A stretch of DNA of 63,378 nt, the filler included, from Octopus bimaculoides (lineage: Eukaryota): NCBI RefSeq assembly GCF_001194135.2. It is 10 parts of 9 records of this genome, joined end to end, with 100 filler letters (N's around TTAATTAATTAA, not from the genome) between each part and the next. Parts side by side here need not be neighbours in the genome. Positions count along the whole stretch, not along the records: positions 1 to 15,373 come from NC_068982.1; 9 more parts are not named here. One strand, written 5' to 3'. Made by a program: the position numbers and the translations under genes. The notes beneath the pieces were generated by a model. The model did no database searches. It had not been told where the DNA came from and saw only the letters and a program-made list of their open reading frames with translations. Positions 1 to 12,239 of this stretch are shown here, piece by piece. Every line of letters begins with the position of its first letter. Within the stretch, counting starts at the first letter, position 1.

Positions 1-39
<39 letters not shown>

Positions 40-77
40 AAATCTCTCAACGAAGTATAAACAGTAACTGCACGACA

Positions 78-338
78 ACGTGAAGTATATTTGCCACTTA
101 AATGTGGCTACACCTTAAGGGTGAATCCTACTGTTGCTTTTAGTCCCAGGAGAACATCTCCCCCAGCTGGCTATTGACACACTTTCTGTGCCCAGTCGGT
201 ATTTCCCTTTGCAAATACCGACAGGGTACAGAAAGTGTGTCAATAGGCAGCTGGAGGAAATGTTCTCCTGGGTCTAAAAGCAACAGTAGCATTCACCCTT
301 AGGGTCTAGCCACATTTAAGTGGCAAATATACTTCACG

Positions 339-339
<1 letters not shown>
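78..339. mobile_element. Fold-back / MITE-like palindromic element (127-bp arms, about 8-nt loop)
   Basis: 78-204 is the reverse complement of 213-339 with 9 mismatches (i+j=417); the right flank runs into (TA)n. Confidence 0.85.
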
Positions 340-371
<32 letters not shown>

Positions 372-711
372 TCATATATAACGTTGACCACTAGAGTGGA
401 CATTTAATGTGCTAGAAATAGACCACATGTGTCTAATAAGACCTAAATTGTTTTCAAAACGAAATTCAGCGGAATACCAAAACGTATGCGAGCAAGACAG
501 TGAAAATTACAGAAATAAAACATTATTAAACACGAACTAGTTTCGAAATCAACACTCTTACCGAATGTATATATATATATGTATATATNNNNNNNNNNNN
601 NNNNNNNNNNNNNNNNNNNNNNNNNNNNNNNNNNNNNNNNNNNNNNNNNNNNNNNNNNNNNNNNNNNNNNNNNNNNNNNNNNNNNNNNNNNNNNNNNNNN
701 NNNNNNNNNNN

Positions 712-745
<34 letters not shown>

Positions 746-1149
746 ATATATATAATTTAATGTACCTGATATAAAGGTACGAGCTACCGATAGTTTCTCG
801 ATGAGAAGATACGTGTCTAAGCAGGCTTTTATCATACGATTATTGTCCCAGAGCAATCTCCGGACTCTGAGCACATGGAGTGCTAAGTAGTGCAGTGGAA
901 TTCTTACATCTAAAACAGGATGTGCGATCTTTCGGTATATCAATATGTAAATGGATTGCGAAATACTATTTCTGAGTAGTTGACAGATTTCACATTCTTT
1001 CTCAGCCATAAGAATTCCAGAGCTCTATGTAATTCTAGATCAGACATTTCTAATAAAGCGAACGTACGGACAAATTTCATTTTGCGAACTGAAAGATACC
1101 ACTCTCTCCGGATCATTCTACAACAACTATATCTTTTTTAAAATTTATG

Positions 1150-2500
1150 GCTTCTACGTAACTAATTTTCTTTCTTTTTTTCCCCCGTGTTTAGTCCCAT
1201 TCCACGTTTTGCATCATTATTCACGTTTTTTCTCGTTATTTCTTTAGTACCAGCGTCTTGATTGTTGAATAGAACGCACTTTGTCCTCAGAACCCGCAGA
1301 CTGTTTGATAACACATGGCGTGTTATAGAAGTCTCCTTGGAAATGACGTTTCAAAAGAAACTATTTGTAGCTCATATCGTCATATTGTGCTGAATAAGTG
1401 TTATTCATCTCTCACTGGATGGAGCACATTTTTGATTTTACCACACATTAAACAACGCATACATAAACACATATACGCACACAGGCATATGTATATACAT
1501 ACATACATACATACATACATACATGTGAGTCATTATGCTATCTGCAACTTTATAACTTCAAATGCCTGTTGTCTTACAAGATTATTTTTTCGACAGATTG
1601 CACTATGTAAATTACCATCTACGATACCATTTTCGGAGGGTGATAATCCCAGGATGACTGCCTGCCACATGCATCTATAGTATGGGTAACACCCTCAGTT
1701 TCATTGCACAGGGTTGGAATGTGTTTGTGGCTCTAAACAGATTATTAGCATGTATATCCTCTCTACATATTGGAAATATTACGTTAATATTTCGTATTCC
1801 ACTATTGCAACAAATATAACCTTACCAGTGCAAGCTAATATCCTTGTGGCTGTTCCACGATATAGTATTTTTATTGTGCTCCTGTTGCTGTGAAATTTCC
1901 TTGAAAGAAAATCCCCCATGAGGGAATACTCTCTGACCAACTCAATTCTAAAACGCATGATCTTACTTAATGCATGTACGAAAACTTGTTACATAGAGTC
2001 ACCTAGACGCATGGTAATTTAGATGTTGTAAAAATGGTATGAGATGATATTCAATGGACTTCTTACCTTCTATTCATTTACTTCAATTGCTGGAGTTTTA
2101 TGGGATAGCATTACAGTTTTCTTGTAACTCTATTACATAAGCCTTCTAGTCTCCCGGAGAAAAATGTCAAGAATTTTGCTGAATGTATAAACAGCATAAC
2201 AATCTTTCACCTGGAAATATATTCATGTGATTCTGTAGCATTTTTGTAAAATAAGACCACGAGGAAGGTGACCGTAGAAGAAGTCAGGTTGTCTACTTCA
2301 TTGATTATAAGATCTGGCACTGTAACACTTCAGTGCGATTTTGACCCCCACGAATGGAGAAACTATTCGGATACTTTCTGAATAAAATGAAATTTCTCAT
2401 ACCTTACGATAGGTTTGACTTCACTTTTGATAATCAAGAATTGTTCAGAACTTCCCGAAATTCGTTTCACCCAACTACTTGTTCAGCGATTGTGATCTAT
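1150..2500 (-). pseudogene. Possible decayed multi-exon pseudogene, product unknown
   Basis: Successive GT..AG-bounded blocks on the minus strand (donors near 2405, 2066 and 1825; acceptors at 1948 and about 1733); peptide-like frames interrupted by stops; no family recognised. Confidence 0.2.
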
Positions 2501-3024
2501 TTCCTGTCACATATATCCAGAAGGAAAACGGTACGAAAAACTACATAAATGTTTACATTGAATTCTAATATACACCTGCCCGCTATTTATTCAAATATGC
2601 AAATGACATTCATTCGGAGTTTTATATGACTTCAGCAACTTCGTAAGTTTATATATACACACACACACATACACACACACACACACAGATATATATATAT
2701 ATATATATATANNNNNNNNNNNNNNNNNNNNNNNNNNNNNNNNNNNNNNNNNNNNNNNNNNNNNNNNNNNNNNNNNNNNNNNNNNNNNNNNNNNNNNNNN
2801 NNNNNNNNNNNNNNNNNNNNNNNNNNNNNNNNNNNNNNNNNNNNNNNNNNNNNNNNNNNNNNNNNNNNNNNNNNNNNNNNNNNNNNNNNNNNNNNNNNNN
2901 NNNNNNNNNNNNNNNNNNNNNNNNNNNNNNNNNNNNNNNNNNNNNNNNNNNNNNNNNNNNNNNNNNNNNNNNNNNNNNNNNNNNNNNNNNNNNNNNNNNN
3001 NNNNNNNNNNNNNNNNNNNNNNNN

Positions 3025-3576
3025 NGAAAAAACTACAGAAGGCTTGTGTTACATGGTTAAAGTATATATTTAAAATATGTCAGAAAAATGTTATGAAATT
3101 TTTTTGGTATATAACCATTGTATTTGGAGAAATAACCGGTTTCGTGTTGTCTTTTCAAATTTCTCTACTTCATGGTAACATGTCTACGCTCCCGTGTGTA
3201 AATAAAAGAGTTCTAGAATGGGGGAGGTAATTAGGGATTTCTTCCGGTATAAGGGAGATAATCGAAATGTAGAAGTTGGTAGATTTTGATTAATTTATCA
3301 TGGTTTGGTTTCGAAGTTAGGTTTTGCTCTATAATTTTTTCCTCTCAGTGAGGTGAATTTCCTTATTTAAAAGTGTTAGCAATGGTTGAGTTTGGGTTTA
3401 TAATTTTGAATGAAGAATTTTTCCTTATTCAATCTAATTTGTGTTAGTGTATTAATGTTACATTGATAGAAAGGAAAGATTATAAATTGTGGTAATACAC
3501 CAACACAAATTAGATTGAATAAGGAAACCTTCTTCATTCAAAAATATAAACCCAAACTCAACCATTGCTAACACTT
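3025..3576. mobile_element. Penelope-like element end with inverted repeat (GIY-YIG C-terminus)
   Basis: 84-bp inverted arms at 3371-3454 and 3493-3576; the arm encodes TQIRLNKETFFIQKYKPKLNHC*, resembling a PLE GIY-YIG C-terminus; GAAACCGGTT motif on the minus strand near 3134-3143. Confidence 0.7.
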
Positions 3577-3579
3577 AGA

Positions 3580-3831
3580 AAACCCGGCAAACCAAGTGAG
3601 ATCGTTGCCAGTGCCCCTGGACTGGCTCTTGTGCGGGTGGCACATAAGATACACCATTTTGAGCGTGACCGTTGCCGCCTGACTGGCCTTCGTAGGGTTT
3701 TCGAGCGAGATCGTTGCCAGTGCCACTGGACTGGCTCTTGTGCGGGTGGCACATAAAAGACACCATTTCGAGCGTGGCCGTTGCCAGTACCGACTGACTG
3801 GCCTTCGTGCGGGTGACACGTAAAAACACTC
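3580..3831. repeat. GC-rich tandem repeat, about 109-bp period made of ~55-bp subunits, running into a gap
   Basis: GAGATCGTTGCCAGTGCC at 3598 and 3707; GACTGGC recurs. Confidence 0.85.
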
Positions 3832-5721
3832 NNNNNNNNNNNNNNNNNNNNNNNNNNNNNNNNNNNNNNNNNNNNNNNNNNNNNNNNNNNNNNNNNNNNN
3901 NNNNNNNNNNNNNNNNNNNNNNNNNNNNNNNNNNNNNNNNNNNNNNNNNNNNNNNNNNNNNNNNNNNNNNNNNNNNNNATATATATATATATATATATAT
4001 ATACATTACCTAAATAGTGATCTAGCAAGACGTGATATCAATATAATTCCGATAGAAAAGCTGTTTTTTAAATTATATTTTTCCTTTTTTTGTTTACGTA
4101 TACATATTTATTAGGGTTTTCTTTTTGTACAATCGTCCAGAGACCAAGTATTTTCGTATTGTTTTCCGTCCTGGACGGATTTGCATGACAGATGAAATGT
4201 AACACAGTGTAAAATTTTGGAGAAATGCAGGAACAAGGTGGACAATGCTTTATTCAGATTCCTGTCAATGTTAACTTCATTATTGTCTTCATCGCGCTTC
4301 AGATTTTTTTATCTTTCTTCAAAATGCATCTCAACGTAAAAAAGAGTGGAGGAGCATCTGCGATAAATTTCACGGTAATTAAATATGTATGTGTATTTTT
4401 CGCCAACCCTTTTCTGATGCCGGGGTTTTCACTTACATCTTTTAACTCTTGTCTGATGTAACTTATTTCTATTCAAGTGTCTTCGTATTATCTCGAAACA
4501 TGTTTCCTATTCTATTTTTCACTTTTTCCTTCTAGGGAATATTGCGATTTGTTTTATTGCATGTGATAAAGCAACGTTTCAAACCCGAGAACTACCGTAA
4601 ATTAAAGATGTTTTGTAGCACTTTTAAAAATAATTTTGGATGTCTTTCCTTCTTCGGTAATTCCAAATTACTGTTTTGAGTCGTTGAGAAGGCTTCTAAA
4701 CGTGTTAATTTGCCAAAATTAAGTTTTATTACATTGTTGAAAATATTCGCTGTAAAATGAATTCATTTGTCGTCTAAGAAATGCGTGGTCTTCCGTTCAA
4801 AAGAGGTTTAAATAATTCGTCGTAAGATTTTACTACGAACATACTTCAGTTGTTTACAGTCTTCGCTCCCACTCGAAACTGAAGAGACTTATCATCAAAC
4901 TCTTCTCATATAACGGATGATACATTGTCGAATGTCGGCCTGATTATGAGACAACATAGCAGCAGTAATATGGTTTGCTCTGACACTTGTCAACGTTCAT
5001 GAAAGCAAGTCATATCCTGATTCGTATATAGTATTATCTACACTTTTTTGAATTATCTAAAACTGATAATTCTTTTAGAAATAATGCAGGATCGCTATCT
5101 ACACCCTAACGTACATCAAATGTGCCTTGTTTGCGTCATTTCTCTTACAAGTAAGCAACAAGATAATACAATAATATATTTCTAATTTCATTTCTGACGA
5201 GCATGCTTTCAAGCGTATCATATTTGCAAATGAGAAAACATATTTACCACTCAATGTCAAGTAACAGTGTGATTTTTTCCAGATTTCTCAAACGTTTCAG
5301 GCTTTAATTCCAGGAGAAAGTGCATTTGAAGGTTTCGGTTCTCTCTATGACTGCACAAAAAATATGTTATGAACCTTTTTCAGTCTGTGGGCATTTTGAT
5401 GTGGTTGCTTACGATCCTGTTGATTAGAATATATCCCGAAATGAAAAATTCAAGGTTTCGACAGATTTTACAGTGAACTTTAAGAAGAAAAGAGACTTTC
5501 ATTGAATGAGAACATAGGAAAAACCAGGTATTTAACAAAGTAACATTAAATCACGCCAAATTTTCATATGATCTCGTCGAGTAACTTTAGCTTCCATGCA
5601 CATATGTATGCAGTGGCAGAAGCATGTGCCTATGTATATAGAAATTAAAGTTACTTGACGACAGCAGTTGCATTTTGTATGTATGCACGCATACAGACAC
5701 ACACACACACACACACACACA

Positions 5722-5756
<35 letters not shown>

Positions 5757-5789
5757 GTTCATACATACATATGCATACAGATATATGTA

Positions 5790-6200
5790 GGCATTTCTTG
5801 ATAATTGTGTGGGACTTCTTGAGCATTACAGTCAACAGAACTTCTTCAAGGTCGTAGTAATGTTTCTCCTATAGTGAGGGACTTCCCGATCTTTGCAACC
5901 AGTAATGCAATATTGTACGACACAACTATACCATCATTTTCCCGTACTGTTCCTTCCGTAAACATCGTGTTTAGTGTTTTCTCCTTTTCGAAACAGGCTT
6001 TGAGTTGCAAAAAAATATGACAATGTTTTGTCATTTTTGCCGGTATACTTGGAATCAAAATGATATTTCAAGCGTGGAGGTTTCATAGTTTCATTGCTCA
6101 TAGTTTGCTGGCATAGAAGACACATAGATAATTGACAGTTCTGAGGAGAAACAATAAATCCATATGATAAATAATTAATGCTGTACTGTCGAAAGGTTTT
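5790..6200 (-). mobile_element. hAT (Buster/Charlie, ZBED5/SCAND3-like) transposase N-terminal fragment, frameshifted
   Basis: RQYSINYLSYGF..MCLLCQQTMSNETMKPPRLKYHF and SYNIALLVAKIGKSLTIGETLLRP, split across two frames. Confidence 0.88.
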
Positions 6201-6769
6201 CTTTACCGGAAGAATCAGGACAGTTATATTTCGAAAAAAGAATTCATTGAAGCGGAATCGGCAAAGCAGACATTCACGATGCACGCGGATGTGTGTGCAT
6301 CCAATGCAAGTGTAGTGACGTGTTTAATGTGTCTGGACACTACTTCTGATCTGATCTGAGAATAGCCTTAAAAACAACTGTTATCGCATAGGACAAGGAT
6401 GAACGGGCTAAGCCAGAAGTGGAAGGACGGGCTGACAAGGGATAAGGCACGTTCAGGGAGTTCTTCTATACATGAAGCGGTAATACAGAAGTACAAGGAG
6501 TGTGTGAGCAGCAGAGGAGAGAAACGACGATACGCAAGCTGTGTGTGCGTATGTGTGTGTGTGCGTGCGCGTGCGGGCGCGTGTATTTCACAATACACAA
6601 TAAAATGAGTAAAGCTTGTCTCTTTCAGAATATAATATGTGATTTCGTTTAGCTTCTGATAAGAGATACAAATTAGGTTGCGAACAATAGCTGAAATTTT
6701 ATTACTTTATTATAGCTACTTACGAAAAAGTTTAGGTCAAAAACATGCTGCGTAATTTTCTGGCTCGTC

Positions 6770-7350
6770 CTATTACAGATACTATTAGACCATCATTTCT
6801 GAATAATTCTAATATTACAAAATCAAATATTGTTATGAGGCTAACTTATAAATAATCCTCTAACGTTGCAGATTTCAGATTTATCAAACCATCGAAAAGG
6901 GATATGCAATATTCCAATCTGTCCAAAGTAATGTCTCACGCTGAAAAATCATGGAAACACTTCATTCTGTCATGCCTAATAGTATACATGGGCATTCATG
7001 GGACGGTCCAACACCTGCGGTTCACTTGTAGAGTTTTCCTTAATAGGCTTTCTGAACGAAAAGTACAAAATTCAATAATCACAAATTGTGAATTCTGACT
7101 CAACGTTATCACGTAAAGTATCGAACCATTCTACTACTGAGGTATATGTTATTATAGTAAGGAAGATTAATAGATTGTATGATTTATCATTAGTTGCATC
7201 AATAATGACCTTGCTAATTCTACTTAATTCAATTTTAGCTGGATTAAATTTCTGCGTTTTGGATCAGTTAAATTATTCTGGTTTACTGGCAGTAGCTAAC
7301 AGCTAAACATCTATCATCCATCGTAATAGACAGGCCTAAATACTATATAT
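6770..7350 (-). mobile_element. Penelope-like reverse transcriptase remnant
   Basis: Minus-strand peptides FNPAKIELSRISKVIID..TSVVEWF, FDKSEICNVRGLFI and ELFRNDGL match the PLE RT motifs INPAKSE.GRISK, FDGAE.C.LVGLF and LYRDDGL. Confidence 0.75.
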
Positions 7351-8134
7351 CCTTATTAATACTGTAGTGAGTACAAAGGTTAGATTCTGTATAATTTCTT
7401 AGTAATATTTCTTGAAAAGGGTTGCTTATACAAATATTGCTCAATATCATAAATGATGCTTGTCACATCGGAAGGGAGCAATTTTCCTTACTTAGCGAAT
7501 ACTTTGGATAATTCATAAAATTGCTTTAGAAAGTATTAGAATAATTTCTGAAATTAATTTCTTTAACATGCCTAGGATGATGTATTCAAAGGATTACATT
7601 GCTTTAATTTTGGGAGAGCGTTTTCTTGTCTTTTTCCAATAACGCACGCTTCCCGCGAATGCATTTGCTAAAACGCTCTAATTTTCCATAAATTTCTCCA
7701 TATAAATTTTCCAAGATTTAATAGTGATCCTTTTCATTTCGTTTAGCAAAGACTGCGGCTCGGATCCCAGTTCGAAGGTTCAGTTTATCTAGGGAGTAGA
7801 GTGTGTATATGTGTGTTTGCATTGCATGTCTTTTTTCTTTTATAACTATACATGTGCCAATTCCGTTCTCTATAAACGAGTTGTACGTTACGTTTTCACA
7901 CAGATAGTTATGTAAATAGGTGCTTAAAATATTTGCTCGTGTGTTTCCGTTTATATGCTTATACAAACATAATTATTCATGTAAAACATAATTGGTTTGG
8001 TTATAGAAAATCTCACAACACGCATGTACACAAATGGAAATCAAGTTTCTCTGAATTTCTAGTTATTTTATTTTTATTTACCTTCGATAACGAATGACTT
8101 AACTCCTCCAATACTCCGCATATGTATGTAAATA

Positions 8135-8174
<40 letters not shown>

Positions 8175-8329
8175 TTCGAATAGAGAGATAATGATCGATT
8201 TAACACACATTTATGTAATTATATGTATGGATATTCATATTTGTGCACATATTTCATAGACATATATCGGTGTGTATATGTGTTTGTGTGAGTGTGTTTA
8301 TGTGAATCTTTTCTTCTTTTTGTCTTTAG

Positions 8330-8386
8330 CAATATGCATATATACAATTATTTCCATATAGATCGTTACTTTTTTGTATTGAGTAG
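8330..8386 (+). other. Candidate 57-nt spliced exon (coding status unknown)
   Basis: Polypyrimidine acceptor TTTTCTTCTTTTTGTCTTTAG and consensus donor AG|GTAAGT; one open frame (NMHIYNYFHIDRYFFVLS). Confidence 0.25.
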
Positions 8387-8674
8387 GTAAGTGTATTGTT
8401 TCGATGTCGATACTTGCTTGCAATTTATCCTCTTATAATATTCTCAACTTCGGTACTTTGTTTAACGGTAATCCTAAAACGCCAGACTAAAGTTTTTGAG
8501 AGTTTTCTTCTTTCTTTTTTTTTTTTTTGACAAATGTTACAGAAGTCAAATATAATGTATATGCTTGCGCCCCTGAATGTATCTTTAACTGCAAATGCTC
8601 TACTTGAAGACTACATATATTCTTCAATTAGTAGAAAATATTTCTCCTGTCTGAACCTCCAAATTCTTATGCTC

Positions 8675-8739
<65 letters not shown>

Positions 8740-10610
8740 TGTGTGTGTATGTGTGTGTGTGTGTGTCTGTGTGTGTCTGTGTGTGCGTGTGTGTGTGTGT
8801 GTATGTATGTATGTATCTATGTATTTATGTATTATTTTATATATGTAATAATGTACATATATGTATTTTATTATATTATATATTATATTCTCTTGCCTAC
8901 GATATTGTTTTGCGAATATTTTCTCATCGAATTATTTCTTCAAATATCAATCACGAAGAAACCATTTTAAATAGGTTCCAAACCTATCAGTGAGCTAAGT
9001 TCTAAATAATCAAATTTACATTTTTTTTCTAATCGTTAACTCTTAACTGTGTGGCTAACATTCTTAAGGGAAGCCTTCGTTTTTACATATTCTTGTTTCT
9101 ATATCATTGCAGAAACGTTCCCGTCTCTAAAAATGCACCACCCTGGAACATTTATATCTTTTTCTTAGGTATCTAACTGCACATGACCAAGTTATGAGAA
9201 AATTAGTCGGAGTAAAATACCAGAAAAAGAGAAGAACAATGCCTAAGAGCTAAATGTATAGAAATTAGGAAAGGGTGTGTTGGCACTAAGAAAAAGGTTA
9301 TGAGAACTAAGAAAAAGGCTACGGCACTAAGAAAAAGGCTATTGCTTAAATGGTTTTGGAAGAAACATTATATCAGAGGTTTCAGAATTCAATTGCATTC
9401 ATAAAGGCAGACTTCCTTTATGCGAACCAGTTTTAGTAAAACTTTACATATCCAAACTGTTTTGTTGTTTACAAATTCCTGACTGACTTATGTGAAGTAC
9501 AAATTCATCGCGTAACGTAAATATACGGCTATGTATGAATGTGTGAATGCGTGTGCACCTTAATAGGATGCCGACCATAAACTATTTTCACATTGATTCC
9601 ACATGAAATAAAGTATATATAGCATTTTGGAAAGAAAATTAGAAATAATTGACAATACGGAGAGAGTTATTTCGAGTACTGATGCCATCGCCTTTACCTA
9701 CCACATTTTAACTCTCAAAATGTTTCTCTTACACTGTCTTTTTTCGTTCCTCAGCTGCATTCCAAATTTTGCAGTCTCTCAGGCGTGTGATCTGAATTAT
9801 GCTGACTATTGTACTCCTCCACGTATAATTTTGTAGATGGAATATAATCAAAATCTGGAGAAAATCCAAATTAGAAAATTCATGAGAGCTTCTCAAATTA
9901 TAGAGACGAAATTAGTTTCTATTTTAAAATACAAAGATATATCCATCATTTTACGCCCTGACAATATATCTTTCTACCATCTCTCTCACTCTGTGTCTCT
10001 CCCTCAGTATGTATATATGTGTATGTATATATATATATATATATATATATNNNNNNNNNNNNNNNNNNNNNNNNNNNNNNNNNNNNNNNNNNNNNNNNNN
10101 NNNNNNNNNNNNNNNNNNNNNNNNNNNNNNNNNNNNNNNNNNNNNNNNNNNNNNNNNNNNNNNNNNNNNNNNNNNNNNNNNNNNNNNNNNNNNNNNNNNN
10201 NNNNNNNNNNNNNNNNNNNNNNNNNNNNNNNNNNNNNNNNNNNNNNNNNNNNNNNNNNNNNNNNNNNNNNNNNNNNNNNNNNNNNNNNNNNNNNNNNNNN
10301 NNNNNNNNNNNNNNNNNNNNNNNNNNNNNNNNNNNNNNNNNATATATATATATATATAGGAAAGAGTAACCGGGAAAATTAGAGATATCATTTATACGAT
10401 ATCATATTATTGACTGCTCAGTTCTATTGAAATAAAATATCAGGAAACGACGCAGAAGCTAGGAATCTACAACGGTGAAGGAACGTGATACTGTTTAAGC
10501 ATTGCATTTTTTTCTTGCATTGTCTCATATAGTTCTTGTTTTGCAGCTAGAATGATGTATGTGATTCTATGAACGCAAATTCATTTACACTAATATATTA
10601 CATTTCCGAT

Positions 10611-10836
10611 GGGGCAGAATCGTTAGCAGGCCGGGCGAAATGCTTAGCGCTATTTCTTTTGCCGTTACATTCTGAGTTCAAATACCGCCGAGGTTGAATT
10701 TGCCTGTCATCCTTTCCAGGTCGAATAAATAAGAACCAGTTACGCACTGGGGTCGATATAATCGAGTTAATCCCTTTGTCTATCCTTGTTTGTCCCTCTG
10801 TGTTTGGTTTGGTCCCCTGTGCGCATAAAGAAATAA
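10611..10836 (+). mobile_element. SINE family A (tRNA-like head), TTTGTCC..AAAGAAA tail
   Basis: GGCAGAATCGTTAGC...GAGTTCAAAT..CATCCTTTC..GGTCGA core shared with more than 10 copies in the window. Confidence 0.88.
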
Positions 10837-10954
10837 ACATTACATTCTCGTAAATAATTTTAAATTCATATTTAAGGTTATTCGTATAGAAACACATTAT
10901 TATTTGTATTACCATAATAATAATAATTATTATTATTATTATTGTTTTTACCAT

Positions 10955-11140
10955 TATAAGGGTGAATTGCTTAGCCGTATTTCAGACATCGCTACGTTTT
11001 GTGTTCAAATTCCGCCGAACTCGACTTTGCCTTCATTCTTTCGGGGTCGATAAATCAAGTACCATATTGAGGTCGATTTAATCGATTATCCCCTTCCTCA
11101 AATTTCAGGCCTTGTGCCTAGAGTAGAAAGGATTATTATT
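10955..11140 (+). mobile_element. SINE family A, GGCCTTGTGCCT..(ATT)n tail
   Basis: Same head and core as other A copies, with a different 3' tail ending in (ATT)n. Confidence 0.85.
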
Positions 11141-11559
11141 ATTATTTATAGTAACATTGTCGTTGTTGTTATTCTTCCCAAAAATTGACTTTTATAGTTT
11201 TTTAATAACTTTATTTCTATTTTAGTTCGATAACGTTGTTCATAAGCCAACTAATATTCTCTGTATCTAGTTGCTTCTGCGAAATATGCGTAACATTTGG
11301 AACAGTCGAGGTGGAATTTTGAAATCTCAATTGCAAAATCATATTTCAAAAAAATATACCTTTCTAAATCCAGAGAGAAGAGTGTTATGGAAATAGCCAC
11401 GATGAAAAGAGTTGTGTACCACTACCTGCTAGATTGTTATACTCAGCAACAATTACACACACACACACACACACATATGCATGTATGTTTTTTTCTCTAA
11501 ATTATATATTTGTATACTATATATTGTGAAATGTAATTTAATTTTAACTTTGATTAATT

Positions 11560-11608
11560 AAATTAAATTTTTCCCTGTAAATTTGGATTTTTATCCCTAA
11601 TATCATTA

Positions 11609-11647
<39 letters not shown>

Positions 11648-11700
11648 AATAATAATATTAGGGACAAAATCCAAAATTACAGGTAAAAAACTCAATTAAA
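11560..11700. repeat. Short inverted repeat flanking a (TA)n tract
   Basis: CCCTGTAAATTTGGATTTTTATCCCTAATAT at about 11572-11603 versus ATATTAGGGACAAAATCCAAAATTACAGG at about 11655-11683. Confidence 0.65.
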
Positions 11701-12239
11701 ATCAATTTATAAAAAATTTAAATTAAATTGAGCCTTATAGATAAAGTATATATATAACATATAGTTTTAGGGAAAATAACCAATTTTCAAGAACTCATCG
11801 ATGAAAATCCACTATCACATATAGAAAAATTAATAATTAAAAGCACAATAAATGAGTATAATATAAAGTAAAGTAAATATCATAAGATAAATATAATAAT
11901 TATAATANNNNNNNNNNNNNNNNNNNNNNNNNNNNNNNNNNNNNNNNNNNNNNNNNNNNNNNNNNNNNNNNNNNNNNNNNNNNNNNNNNNNNNNNNNNNN
12001 NNNNNNNNNNNNNNNNNNNNNNNNNNNNNNNNNNNNNNNNNATACACACACACATATACGTATGTATGTATGTATGTATGTATGTAATGACACCAATAAC
12101 AATGAGAAAAAAGCTGCAGTGACATGAAGAAAAAGGAAAAATGAAACAAATAAAACTTCCACCTCCAGCAGCTCCTCCAGCAATATTAATGCAAGAAAAA
12201 GTATATATAGGGTAGCTTGCAAGCAATTGGAAATGATTA

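Noticed and set aside
3580-3831. Repeat with alternating segments resembling a CRISPR array
   Set aside because: The intervening segments are themselves repeated, there are no cas genes, and the context is eukaryotic.
4060-5480. Non-repetitive-looking block with broken peptide-like frames
   Set aside because: No motif recognised on either strand; probably an old transposon relic, but unsupported.
9280-9345. Three copies of CACTAAGAAAAAGG (21-22-bp period)
   Set aside because: An ordinary short minisatellite with no sign of function.
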